A DNA stretch of 63,042 nucleotides, the filler included, from Actinomycetota bacterium (lineage in GTDB: Bacteria; Actinomycetota; CADDZG01; JAHWKV01; JAOPZY01), in assembly GCA_025963875.1 (NCBI GenBank). It is 4 parts of 4 records of this genome, joined end to end, with 100 filler letters (N's around TTAATTAATTAA, not from the genome) between each part and the next. Parts side by side here need not be neighbours in the genome. Positions count along the whole stretch, not along the records: positions 1 to 15,223 come from JAOPZY010000245.1; positions 15,324 to 39,089 come from JAOPZY010000007.1; 2 more parts are not named here. The stretch is one strand, 5' to 3'. The position numbers and the translations under genes were made by a program. Positions 10,201 through 18,281 of this stretch are shown here, piece after piece. The stretch's first letter is position 1, and every line of letters begins with the position of its first letter. Under the pieces are notes generated by a model. The model made no database searches. It worked only from the letters and a program-made list of their open reading frames with translations, and had not been told where the DNA came from.

Positions 10201-10512
10201 CTGGCGGCCTACGCACTGGCCCGCCAGCTGCAGCCCGAGGAGCTGGAGGTGGCGCGCACGGCGGCGACCATCACCTTGACGGTGTGCGGCCTGTCCATCC
10301 TCACGCTGCTGGCACGGCCTCGGAGCCCGGCGCACGACCTCCTTGTGGGCCTGCTGGGGCTGGGACTTGCGGCGGCCCTGGCGGTGCCGTTCCTGAGGAC
10401 GTTCTTCGACCTCCACCTCCCCGACGCGGCGACATGGATCGCCGTCGTCTGCGTCACCGCCGCCGCTCACACGCTGCTGTGGATCAGCTCCCGAAGAGCC
10501 CTGAGCTCGTAG
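7204..10512 (+). CDS. cation-translocating P-type ATPase (CtpE-like) with N-terminal PAP2-like membrane domain
   Basis: DESLLTGE, VPEGL, CDKTGT, ISGDNP and MTGDGVND motifs; N-terminal R.RP...SFPAGQA...VYLGVHWPTDVLGG resembles PAP2. Confidence 0.92.
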   Translation: MTDPTAALTNLLLAGLALSLAAIGVSGWWVAGHREEVEGFLRGMRARPGVVRIHDLQRRAIAFLEPRVRPRAATWLLLGAGIMILALSAIAFGLILRDLVAQQEMARFDTPALRYVATHRVRWLTQAMRTVAALGSLPVAALVIVGLGGWYRRRSGSWEPLLILAVTSAGAMLLSLAVSEVVARARPPAAFMAIHAQGFSFPAGQAAQAALYGAVAYVVGRSLPRWETRVTVAAAAAAVSFVLGASAVYLGVHWPTDVLGGWAIAAGWLVVVLFAVTGVHKLRATSPAARASTRVDAARGDPARRVSATPGPASATGAAPPGRPRTRPEGLREGEVRERLAHGQTNRAEQRSGRTVGQILRANTFTRFNALLGSLAVVIILTGSLKDALFGLVLVANTTVGIVQELRAKRALDRLVVLAAPAARVVRDGELRELPTELVVLDDILELRTGDQIPVDGIVLESSSLEVDESLLTGEADPVLKRSGDGVLSGSFVVAGSGRVQATRVGDAAYARTLAAEGRRYVAPQSQLRMGMDRILRYVTWALVPTAALLLVAQLRARTGTLDAIRGSVAGVTGMVPEGLVLLSSTAMAVAVVRLARRRVLVQELQAVEGLARVDVLCCDKTGTITDGTIALEELLPFAGAEALPDSLGALAASTASRNATLQTLAEAFPPPLGGTWRPTATVAFSSARKWSAATFDGRGTWVLGAPEVVLAHLDDTHPERSKANQLAATGRRVLAVASSPLDPSDVDGSPHLPADLRPQGLVVFSERVRPEAAATLRYFAEQGVALKVISGDNPVTVAAVASAAGLPDAGTPQDARTLPDDPESLAKAMESNSVFGRVTPPQKRDMVRALRGRGHVVAMTGDGVNDVLALKEADLGVAMGSGTAATRAVAQAVLLDDNFAAMPDVVAEGRRVIANVERTGSLFLTKTVYVFLLALCVGLAGVAFPFLPRHLTLAGSLTIGIPGFVLALEPNSTRSRPGLLSRLLRFAVPAGSIAAAATLAAYALARQLQPEELEVARTAATITLTVCGLSILTLLARPRSPAHDLLVGLLGLGLAAALAVPFLRTFFDLHLPDAATWIAVVCVTAAAHTLLWISSRRALSS

Positions 10513-10581
10513 GGAGCCAGGCCGCGCTGGTCCTCAGCGGCGGCCCTTCCGTGCTCTGGCCGAAACCGGTAAGCTCGCCGG

Positions 10582-11052
10582 ATGAGCCAGTATCGCTTCA
10601 CGTCCAAGGACGAACAGGAACAGCAGAAGGTCGAGGCCGAGCGCGTGGCCCGTGAGACGCTGGCCGCCGAACGCGAGGAGGCGAACCAGAAACGGCAAGC
10701 CGAGCACACAGCATGGTTGGAGACGTTTGCTTTCATCCCCGAGGTCCGGACGATCTGTAACGAGCTCATCAAGGCCAACGGCGGATCGGCAGAGCCCGTG
10801 GAGTCGTGGAAGGGGATTCCCTACACCAAGGGCTCGTACACCTGGACCGTCAAGGTCCCCGACCGCAGTGCATTCAAGATCGAACTGGTGGCCCGTGACG
10901 GCCTCACCCAGTGGTTCAGCGCCGAGGATTGGCCCGCCCACGCCGATCTCCAGGGAAACTCGTACCTCCAGCTGGAGAACGCCACCCTGGACGCCGATCT
11001 TCTCGAGGAGTACCTCCAGAAGGCGACGGGCCTGCGCGTCCGGCGTACGTAG
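10582..11052 (+). CDS. hypothetical protein (156 aa, N-terminal coiled coil)
   Basis: Strong coding-like codon usage; TAAGCT -10 hexamer 6 nt before ATG (leaderless). Confidence 0.8.
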   Translation: MSQYRFTSKDEQEQQKVEAERVARETLAAEREEANQKRQAEHTAWLETFAFIPEVRTICNELIKANGGSAEPVESWKGIPYTKGSYTWTVKVPDRSAFKIELVARDGLTQWFSAEDWPAHADLQGNSYLQLENATLDADLLEEYLQKATGLRVRRT

Positions 11053-11193
11053 CGACACGGGGCGGAGGCCGTTGAGGTTCCTCCCGTCCCTCGCTGGGTA
11101 GGGGTTTACAGAGGGGATGCACGACCTGGTGCGTTCCCGGACCCCCCCGCCCCCGTGGGCATACAACGAGGCATCAGACGAGAGGAGCGAGCC

Positions 11194-11487
11194 ATGGTCC
11201 AGATCTCTCAGGGAGCCACAGAGGTGTTGAACACTCTCCGGTCCGCCGAGGGCATCCCCGACTCGTACGGAGTCCGCTTCTACAGCGAGAAGGACCGCGA
11301 CGGAGTCAGCGCAGTGGGCATTGCCTTCGCACAGGGACCTGCGACGGGAGACGAAGTGGTCGTCGCGCAGGAGCTACCGGTGTTCGTAGCAGCCGAGGTC
11401 GCCTCGGAGCTCGGGGACGCCGTGCTGGACGTCGAGGGCGGAGCGGAAGTTCCGCGCTTCGTGATCCGCAGCGAGGGTTCTGCCTGA
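11194..11487 (+). CDS. HesB/IscA-like (Fe-S biosynthesis family) small protein lacking Cys ligands
   Basis: GAGGAG RBS; MVQISQGA..GVRF..P..GDEVV..VFVA..L.DAVLDV pattern of actinobacterial HesB-like proteins. Confidence 0.75.
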   Translation: MVQISQGATEVLNTLRSAEGIPDSYGVRFYSEKDRDGVSAVGIAFAQGPATGDEVVVAQELPVFVAAEVASELGDAVLDVEGGAEVPRFVIRSEGSA

Positions 11488-11549
11488 CATCTGGTCGCTG
11501 TTCACGGCACGTCCGCCTGTCGGCTGCCTCCGTAACGACGAGACGATCA

Positions 11550-11950
11550 CGCAGCGCGTGCAGAACTGCGCGCAGGGCGTCGTGCGACTGCTTCCGTCGC
11601 TCGCGAGGCCATCCGTAGTTTGGTTCCCGGCGAGGCGCTCGCATTCGGGTCTGCTACCGGCCCGCTGGCGCACTCGTGGGGCCTGGTCCCGGCCCGCGAG
11701 TGCGCCAGGTGAGGTCGGCCTTTCCAGCATGGCCGCACGGGGACCGGAAGTGACCACGCGTTCGCGTGGTTCTCCGCGTGCCGCTTCTCGACCGGAACCG
11801 ATGAGTTCCGGGTACAGGCCTCGTCTCATCGAGCCCCACGAGCAGGGGCCGCCCGGTTCTTTGCGACTCAGAGGTCGGTTTCCGCTCTCTCAGTCGCACT
11901 CGATTCCAATCGGCCCGTTCGGCATCGCCGGGGCGTCCCCCGGCCGGGGG
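11550..11950. ncRNA. candidate structured non-coding RNA or non-autonomous element
   Basis: Dense hairpins, a possible pseudoknot and a repeated GAGGTCGG..TTTCC motif between convergent genes; no convincing protein. Confidence 0.3.
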
Positions 11951-12002
11951 GCCGGGATCAAGAAGGACGGTTGCTCAACAGGGTCCTAAGGACCGTCGCT
12001 CA

Positions 12003-12515
12003 TCAACTGGTCGGAGTGGAGCCCGGTCGGAGTGCGTTGCGGAGGTTCTGTACGTCGCCCGCTCTTCTTGTCATGAATGCCGCGCTCGAGCCGTCGCCAA
12101 AGTGCAGGCGGAAGCGGGCCATCAACTGCAGGCGCGGACGCTTCTCGACACGCACAATCCCTGCAGGCGGGACCTCCCAGTACAGCCTGGCCTGTAGGGG
12201 TTGCGGCGGCTGAGGCCTTCCCTGCCCCGGCTGCCTGAAGATGCTCGCCAACGCGACTCGGCGGTCGGTCGCCAGCAGCCACGAGGCCTTGATGCCCGGC
12301 GTCGGTGGCGCGGGAATGCCGGCCGCGGGCGAAGTCGCGTCACCGTGAACAGCGCCAATCCGGCCCAGCCTTGACCCAACCGCGGTCGTCATCTTGCTCG
12401 GGCCGATACCCGAGGCGTAACGGACGGCCACGACGATCACCGCAAATTGCAGCGTCTCATCCCCGTCCAGAACCGTGCTGAGCGCTGCCGAGACGGCTGG
12501 TTTGAGTGCGTGCAT
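12003..12515 (-). CDS. hypothetical protein
   Basis: GAGGT RBS-like site before ATG; C-terminal beta-rich segment looks protein-like. Confidence 0.5.
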   Translation of the reverse strand: MHALKPAVSAALSTVLDGDETLQFAVIVVAVRYASGIGPSKMTTAVGSRLGRIGAVHGDATSPAAGIPAPPTPGIKASWLLATDRRVALASIFRQPGQGRPQPPQPLQARLYWEVPPAGIVRVEKRPRLQLMARFRLHFGDGSSAAFMTRRAGDVQNLRNALRPGSTPTS

Positions 12516-13163
12516 ACCTCACCCCCGGCGTCGCGGCTCTGAAGCGGGGCTGTCTGTCGAACACATGGGACCTTCGTGGGTCCCTCGGGGAAGAGAGTGC
12601 GCTCTTCTAGCTACTGCGGGAGTCGTTCAACTCCGCGAAAGTTCGCTTCTCAGGATCCCTTGGACCAAGGGAATTCGTGACCTTGGGCCTTCAGGTTCTC
12701 CTGACGAGCAGGGTCCTGGGAGCAAATGTTGCACCACATCGGATCGGATAATCCGTGTCGACACTCACTCTCGAAGCGGTCTGCCCCTAGAGAGCTCCAA
12801 GGGGGAGCTTGGTCTGTCGCTGGGTGTCGAGCCTCTTTCCTCATCATGAGCCATCTCCGCTCGCCTCGGCAGTTACCCTTACTCCCTATACAAACGAACA
12901 AGTTTGGCGAAACCCCACGGCCGGCAGCAAGAAAAAGGGGGCCGCAAGCGCTCTATAGCCGAATGGGACTCATCCTCTTTATCCGACATAAGCTGCATTC
13001 TCGGTGGTCGCTGGGCCGGCAGGCTTCACCCCGGAGAATGAAGCAAGATGTGCAACAGGTCTGGTTTGGCACCCGACAGCAACGTTATTTCCGGTTCAAT
13101 GTAGGCCTCCGATGGGCGGCGGGATCGAGTCCTCGCAGCGTGAACAACAAATGCAAAAGACTG

Positions 13164-14004
13164 CTAGCTCTTGCAGCCCGAGCAGTCAACCGTCCTGCGG
13201 AACGGATCGATGGCCTTGCTCAGCTTCCGTGCCGCGTCCTGGCGTTTCGCGTCCTCGTCCAAATGCATCTTCTCGACCTTGGAGGTCAGGTCGTCCATCC
13301 CACAGCCCCGTGACGTTGACCGGTAGCTGCGTCTTGCCGTCGTAGGTCTTGAGGCGCTTCTCGTGATCCTTCTCGTGCGGCAGGAGGACCTTGTCCAGGA
13401 AGTCCTGCACCTTGCCCTGCTCGCACTCGGTAAGGCCACCCGGCATGTCCGGCACGTTGACCTGGACGGTTGCCTTGTAGGCACTGACGAGTGTCCCGGT
13501 GAGCTTGATGCACTTGACGTCCGGTCCGCACGCGGGATCGCAACCCTTGCTGATCGATGCCTTTTGATTGGTCACCGTTGATCCGGGACCCCCATCGAAG
13601 TCGGCGTGTGTGTTGCCATGCAGGCTCAGGTTGTCGCACCCACCTTCGCCGTCGTCTGAGCCTGGATTGCCGTCAACCGTGATGGCCGGCACGCTGATCT
13701 CCTGGCCCACCTCGGCCTCGGAGCTTTCCGTTTGCGCCGCTGGAGCAGGCTCGTCCCCGTCCCGCTGCGCGACCAGGTGGGGTGTGAGCTCCCGGTGGGG
13801 CTCTGCCGGGCGCTCGTTGCGGGCGAGCAGCTGACTGACGCTGCTGTTCCCGGCCAAGCGCTGCAGGTGCACCAGCGCCGCGGGGCTGAGCAGCCTCCGG
13901 TCGGCGAACACTCCGCCCACAGACGGGACTTCGGAAGATGCCGCCCTCCGGGCCAGACTTCCCACGAATGGGGCAGGCACCTCCTCGACCGCGTGGGCAG
14001 GCAC
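13164..14004 (-). pseudogene. frameshifted protein with LQRLAGN motif and Cys-rich HExxH (DUF922-like) domain
   Basis: Frame 13186..14004 runs to ..HEKDH..VNVTG; removing one base from the C4 run at 13306-13309 continues it as CGMDDLTSKVEK..DCSGCKS in the 13164 frame; may be a sequencing error. Confidence 0.6.
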
Positions 14005-14224
14005 CGTTCAATGAGACTAAAGCGCGAGGGCAGAGGTCAAGGGCCGCACGGGCAGACTCGCTGCCTCATAAGGCACAGTGCGTCAGTCCACAACTGGATC
14101 GCGTCGGTACGCCTCGCCGAGGAGTCCGGAACGGGAAAGTTGTCCTTCCACCAACTGGACGATACCTGCTCATAGAATTCCTTGGACGAGCCGAGACCGC
14201 AGGTCTCTGTGGGCACAAGGAGGA

Positions 14225-14578
14225 GTTGGGGCGACGGATACCGTTGACGCCTTCGTGGAGGAACGGGTTCCACCCGAATTCCGAGACATCGTGACCATGT
14301 TGCGGGAGATGATGCGCGAGTGCGCTCCGCAGGCAACAGAACGAATCAGCTATGGGCTACCCATGTGGATAGGGAAATCGCACTTGGCATGGGTCAGCCC
14401 ATCGAAGCGGGACATAACGTTTGGGTTTACGTACGGGCGGGAGTTTGAAGATCCGTACGGATTGCTAAAAGGCGCAGGAAAACACGCCAGGCACGTGAAG
14501 ATCAGGAAGCTCGCCGAAGCCAACCAGGAGGCTCTCCGCTATTACATTCATCAAGCCCTGGAACGCGACTCGAGATAA
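14225..14578 (+). CDS. DUF1801 (YdhG-like) domain protein
   Basis: LR..MRECAP.ATERISYGLP.W..ITFGF..G..FEDP.GLL.G.GKHARHVK pattern; start uncertain (AAGGAGGAG followed by an out-of-frame TTG). Confidence 0.85.
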   Translation, partial: VGATDTVDAFVEERVPPEFRDIVTMLREMMRECAPQATERISYGLPMWIGKSHLAWVSPSKRDITFGFTYGREFEDPYGLLKGAGKHARHVKIRKLAEANQEALRYYIHQALERDSR

Positions 14579-14687
14579 GCTACGTCAGGGCTGGGTGGAA
14601 AACTCTTCGCTATTCGGGGAAAATCCCGCCCACCCCAGGCTGCCGCTTCAACAGGGTCCTGGTCGGTCACGAAACAAAAGATCGAGG

Positions 14688-15223
14688 CTAGGACGCCATG
14701 GCCACGATCGGCTTGTTGACGTGTGAGGCTCCCATGGAGCCGAAGAACCCGGCGTCGCCATGGTTGAAAATCCCCCCGTCGGACGCGACCAGCCAGTACC
14801 CACCTTGCAGTCCCAGCACCGCGCCCGGCGTGAAGGGGTTGGAAGGCAGCGAGTTCGGTCCGATACCCGAGGCGGTGGTGGCGGCAACGACGAAGGTGTA
14901 GGACGTGCCGTTCGTGAGGCCATGGACCAGGGCCTTCGTCACCCCCGCCCCGACGGTGGCGGTGATGCCGCCCGGAGACGCGGTGGCGAGGTACCCGGTG
15001 ATTCCCGAACCAGGATTGGCGGGCGGGGTCCAGGCCACCGACGCGGAGGCGTTGCTTGGTTCGCCACCACGCCAGTCGGGGCCGTGGCGGGATCGTGAGA
15101 ACGAAGGACCTGACGCCGCTGTTGGCGGCCACGAAGATCTGCCCGTCACCGGATGACGGGGTGCTGAAGGTGGCGACCCCCGACACGGCGGCTTGGTAGG
15201 CAGGCGTGCCGGTCGTGGCGCTG
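14688..15223 (-). CDS. 3' part of a surface protein: propeller-like end, fibronectin type III domain, one GYWLVASDGGIF repeat (5'-truncated by contig end, two apparent frameshifts)
   Basis: FN3 SVAWTPP..ITGY..GLTNGTSYTFVVAA..G.GP.S.PS; frames switch near 15060-15090. Confidence 0.75.
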
Positions 15224-15323
15224 NNNNNNNNNNNNNNNNNNNNNNNNNNNNNNNNNNNNNNNNNNNNTTAATTAATTAANNNNNNNNNNNNNNNNNNNNN
15301 NNNNNNNNNNNNNNNNNNNNNNN
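15224..15323. other. artificial contig linker
   Basis: N44-TTAATTAATTAA-N44; stops in all six frames. Confidence 0.98.
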
Positions 15324-15445
15324 CAGTCGAGCACGAGGGCACGGACATCCCCCGCCGAGCGCAACAGGCCGAACAGGCGGCGGCGCTGGGCCTTGGTGGC
15401 ACGGATGGCGATGCGGGCGCTGCGGTGCACGATGGTGGCTTCCAT
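15324..15445 (-). mobile_element. tnpB: 5' fragment of a TnpB/InsQ-family (IS200/IS605-type) RNA-guided nuclease gene, cut by contig end
   Basis: MEATIVHRSARIAIRATKAQRRRLFGLLRSAGDV resembles the N-terminus of actinobacterial TnpB proteins; a contig break is typical of repeated IS. Confidence 0.65.
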
Positions 15446-15478
15446 GGCCAGCCATGGTACGGACCGCCACTGACAAAA

Positions 15479-15494
15479 TCGAACGTATGTTTGC
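15479..15494. promoter_or_regulatory. LexA/SOS-box-like site
   Basis: TCGAAC-GTAT-GTTTGC versus the actinobacterial consensus TCGAAC-N4-GTTCGA. Confidence 0.55.
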
Positions 15495-15609
15495 CAGCCG
15501 AGCAAGAAATCTTCAGAATTTTCGTGTGCCCAGGCTCGCAGGAACAGCGCAAACGTTTGTAGTCACGGCACTAGCGGCTCCTCGTCTACTGACGTTGTAG
15601 GGTGCAGCC

Positions 15610-16359
15610 GTGAAGCGGACCGACGGGCGCGCGCCCGATGACCTGCGGCCCATCGCCGTGACCCGTGGCTACACCGAGTTCGCCGAGGGCTCCGCGCTCT
15701 ACGCAGCGGGCCGCACCAGGGTCCTCGTGACCGCCTCGGTCGAGGAGAAGGTCCCGGACTTCCTCCGGGGCACCGGCAAGGGGTGGGTGACCGCCGAGTA
15801 CTCGATGCTGCCCCGGGCCACCGAGACCCGCACGCCGCGGGAGGCTGCGAAGGGGCGCCAGAGCGGGCGGACCCAGGAGATCCAGCGCCTCATCGGCCGG
15901 TCGCTCCGGGCCGTCACCGACCTGCGTGCGCTCGGGGAACGATCGATCTGGCTCGACTGCGACGTGCTCCAGGCCGACGGCGGCACCCGGACGGCATCGA
16001 TCTCGGGCGCCTACATCGCCCTGGCGGACGCCTGCGAGCTGCTCGTCAAGAAGGGCAAGCTGCCCCGTTCGCCGCTGCGGGAGGAGGTGGCAGCCGTCAG
16101 CGTCGGGATCGTCGACGGCGTGCCCTGCCTCGACCTCTGCTACACGGAGGACTCGACGGCGCAGGTGGACCTCAACCTCGTGATGACGGGCTCGGGTGGC
16201 TTCGTCGAGCTGCAGGGCACCGCCGAGGGCATGCCCTTCACGCCCGAGGAGCTGCAGGCGATGCTGGACCTCGGGCGCAAGGGCATCGATGAGATCGTGG
16301 CCACCCAGCGCCGCATCCTGGCGCAGGGTCGGGAGGAGCTCCCGCAGTCCCAAACGTGA
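15610..16359 (+). CDS. rph: ribonuclease PH
   Basis: [50 protein letters not shown]. Confidence 0.98.
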   Translation: MKRTDGRAPDDLRPIAVTRGYTEFAEGSALYAAGRTRVLVTASVEEKVPDFLRGTGKGWVTAEYSMLPRATETRTPREAAKGRQSGRTQEIQRLIGRSLRAVTDLRALGERSIWLDCDVLQADGGTRTASISGAYIALADACELLVKKGKLPRSPLREEVAAVSVGIVDGVPCLDLCYTEDSTAQVDLNLVMTGSGGFVELQGTAEGMPFTPEELQAMLDLGRKGIDEIVATQRRILAQGREELPQSQT

Positions 16360-16366
16360 GTCGGGG

Positions 16367-16987
16367 ATGAAGGCCGGAGACACCGTGGTGATCGCCTCGA
16401 CCAACCCGGGCAAGATCGCCGAGGTGCGCCAGATCATGGCAGGGCTCCCGATCGTGCTCCTCACCTCGGACGACGTGGGAGGGTGGCCCGAGATCGAGGA
16501 GACCGGCGACACCTACCTCGCCAATGCCCTGCTGAAGGCCCGCGCAGTGGCGGCCGTTACGGGCAGGGCGGCGCTCGCCGACGATTCGGGCATCGAGGTC
16601 GACGCCCTCGACGGGGCACCTGGGGTGCGGTCCGCCCGGTTCTCGGGGGAGCGGGCCAGCGACGAGGACAACAACGCCAAGCTCATCGAGTCCCTCGACG
16701 GCGTGCCGTCCGAGCGCAGGGGTGCCCGGTACCGCTGTGTCGCGGTCCTGGTGACCCCCGACGGCGAGGAGATCGCCGGCATCGGCTCCTGCGAGGGGCG
16801 GATCGGGAACGAGGCCCGGGGGACGGGGGGCTTCGGCTACGACCCCTGGTTCATCCCTGAGCGCGGATCCCGCACGATGGCGGAGCTCACGGCCGAGGAG
16901 AAGCACGCCATCAGCCACCGGGGCAAGGCCCTGCGGGGCCTGGCGGACAAGCTGCGGGCTCTCCGAGGAGAAAGGAGCAGCGGATGA
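16367..16987 (+). CDS. rdgB: non-canonical purine NTP pyrophosphatase (Ham1/RdgB)
   Basis: ASTNPGK, ADDSG..VDAL.GAPGV.SAR, GFGYDP, SHRG; follows rph. Confidence 0.97.
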   Translation: MKAGDTVVIASTNPGKIAEVRQIMAGLPIVLLTSDDVGGWPEIEETGDTYLANALLKARAVAAVTGRAALADDSGIEVDALDGAPGVRSARFSGERASDEDNNAKLIESLDGVPSERRGARYRCVAVLVTPDGEEIAGIGSCEGRIGNEARGTGGFGYDPWFIPERGSRTMAELTAEEKHAISHRGKALRGLADKLRALRGERSSG

Positions 16988-17409
16988 AAGGCGTCATCAA
17001 GGAGTTCAAAGAGTTCGCCTTCAAGGGCAACATGCTCGATCTTGCGATTGGGTTCATCATCGGCGCCGCGTTCAGTGCTGTCGTGACCGCCCTATCCAAG
17101 GGTGTCCTGATGCAGTTCATCTCCGCCATCGTGGGCAAGCCGGACTTCAGCAACGTGAAGTTCTCCATCGGCAAGACGCCGATCCTCGTCGGGGACCTGA
17201 TCACCGCCCTCATCAACTTCCTGATCATCGCCGCGGTGCTGTTCGTCATCGTCAAGGCCATCAACAGAGCGCTGGTCAAGCCGAAGGCAGTCGAGGAGCG
17301 CAAGTCCAAGGACTGCCCGTACTGCCTGACGCCGATCCCGCTCGCGGCCACCAAGTGCCCTGCGTGCACCAGCTCGCTCGAACCGGTCGAGCCGGTGGCA
17401 GCGAGCTGA
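16984..17409 (+). CDS. mscL: large-conductance mechanosensitive channel with C-terminal 4-Cys zinc ribbon
   Basis: KEFKEFAFKGN..DLAIGFIIGAAF; ALINFLIIA; tail CPYC..CPAC. Confidence 0.95.
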   Translation: MKGVIKEFKEFAFKGNMLDLAIGFIIGAAFSAVVTALSKGVLMQFISAIVGKPDFSNVKFSIGKTPILVGDLITALINFLIIAAVLFVIVKAINRALVKPKAVEERKSKDCPYCLTPIPLAATKCPACTSSLEPVEPVAAS

Positions 17410-18245
17410 GTAATTCGGCCCTCAAGTCCTGGTACGAGCCCCGGAGGACTGCCTTCCCCTGGCGCGCCGATCCCCATCCGTACGGGGTCCTCGTCTCGGA
17501 GGTGATGCTCCAGCAGACGCAGGTGAGCCGGGTGGTGCCCGCCTACCTGCGGTTCCTCGAGCAGTTCCCGACACCGGCGGCCCTTGCCGCCTCCCCGCTC
17601 GCGGACGTGCTCCGGGCCTGGAAGGGTCTCGGCTACAACCGCAGGGCGGCTGCGCTGTGGCGGGCGGCGGGCGTCATCGTGGCCAAGCACGGCGGGGTCG
17701 TGCCGTCGAACCCGGCGGAGCTGGCGAGGCTCCCCGGGGTGGGGCCGTACACGGCGTCCGCGGTGGCATCGTTTGCCTACGGGGCGGCGATCCCGGCCCT
17801 CGACACCAACGTGCGCCGGGTGGTGGCCCGGCACCGGCTGGGCACGTCCGGGGCGGGGGCGGCAGAAGTGCTCCGGGCAGCAACGGCCTGGATCGACCGG
17901 GCCGACCCGGGTGGGTGGAACGCAGCCCTCATGGACCTGGGCCGCGAGGTGTGCCGGCCCGAGCCGCTCTGCGCCGCCTGCCCCCTGCGCCGCGGTTGCC
18001 GCTTCCGGACGGCTCCGGCGGAGGGCGGCCGCCCCGGGCGCCGCACAGCGCCCTTCGAAGGCTCGATGCGCCAGTTGCGGGGCCGCATCGTCGACGCCGT
18101 GCGGGAGGCCCCGAGCGTCACCGTCGCCGGCGTTGCCGCCCGGTGGGACGAACCCGAGGACCGGGTCGCCGCCGCCGTGGCGGCCCTGGCGACCGAGGGC
18201 CTGGTGCGGGCCGGCCCCGGGGGCCGGATCCGGCTCGGGAACTGA
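17406..18245 (+). CDS. mutY: A/G-specific adenine glycosylase (short form)
   Basis: PWR..PY.VLVSEVMLQQTQV, W.GLGYNRRA, HhH LPGVGPYTA, DTNV.RV, Fe-S C..P.C..CP...C; start approximate. Confidence 0.93.
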   Translation: MSNSALKSWYEPRRTAFPWRADPHPYGVLVSEVMLQQTQVSRVVPAYLRFLEQFPTPAALAASPLADVLRAWKGLGYNRRAAALWRAAGVIVAKHGGVVPSNPAELARLPGVGPYTASAVASFAYGAAIPALDTNVRRVVARHRLGTSGAGAAEVLRAATAWIDRADPGGWNAALMDLGREVCRPEPLCAACPLRRGCRFRTAPAEGGRPGRRTAPFEGSMRQLRGRIVDAVREAPSVTVAGVAARWDEPEDRVAAAVAALATEGLVRAGPGGRIRLGN

Positions 18246-18281
18246 AGGCGCTTGGGGCCGGTAGGCGGTAAGTTGGCGCCC

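Noticed and set aside
11700..11730. Minus-strand GGAAAGGCCGACC resembling the RNase P GGAAAGTCCG motif
   Set aside because: No matching 3' P4 strand or other conserved RNase P elements in the expected order
12557..12572. TCGAACACAT half-site as a possible SOS box (also TCGAACACAC near 2577)
   Set aside because: The right half lacks GTTCGA-like sequence
12520..13160. Several short ORFs in a lower-GC stretch
   Set aside because: No coding bias, RBS or motifs; left unannotated as probable degenerate foreign DNA
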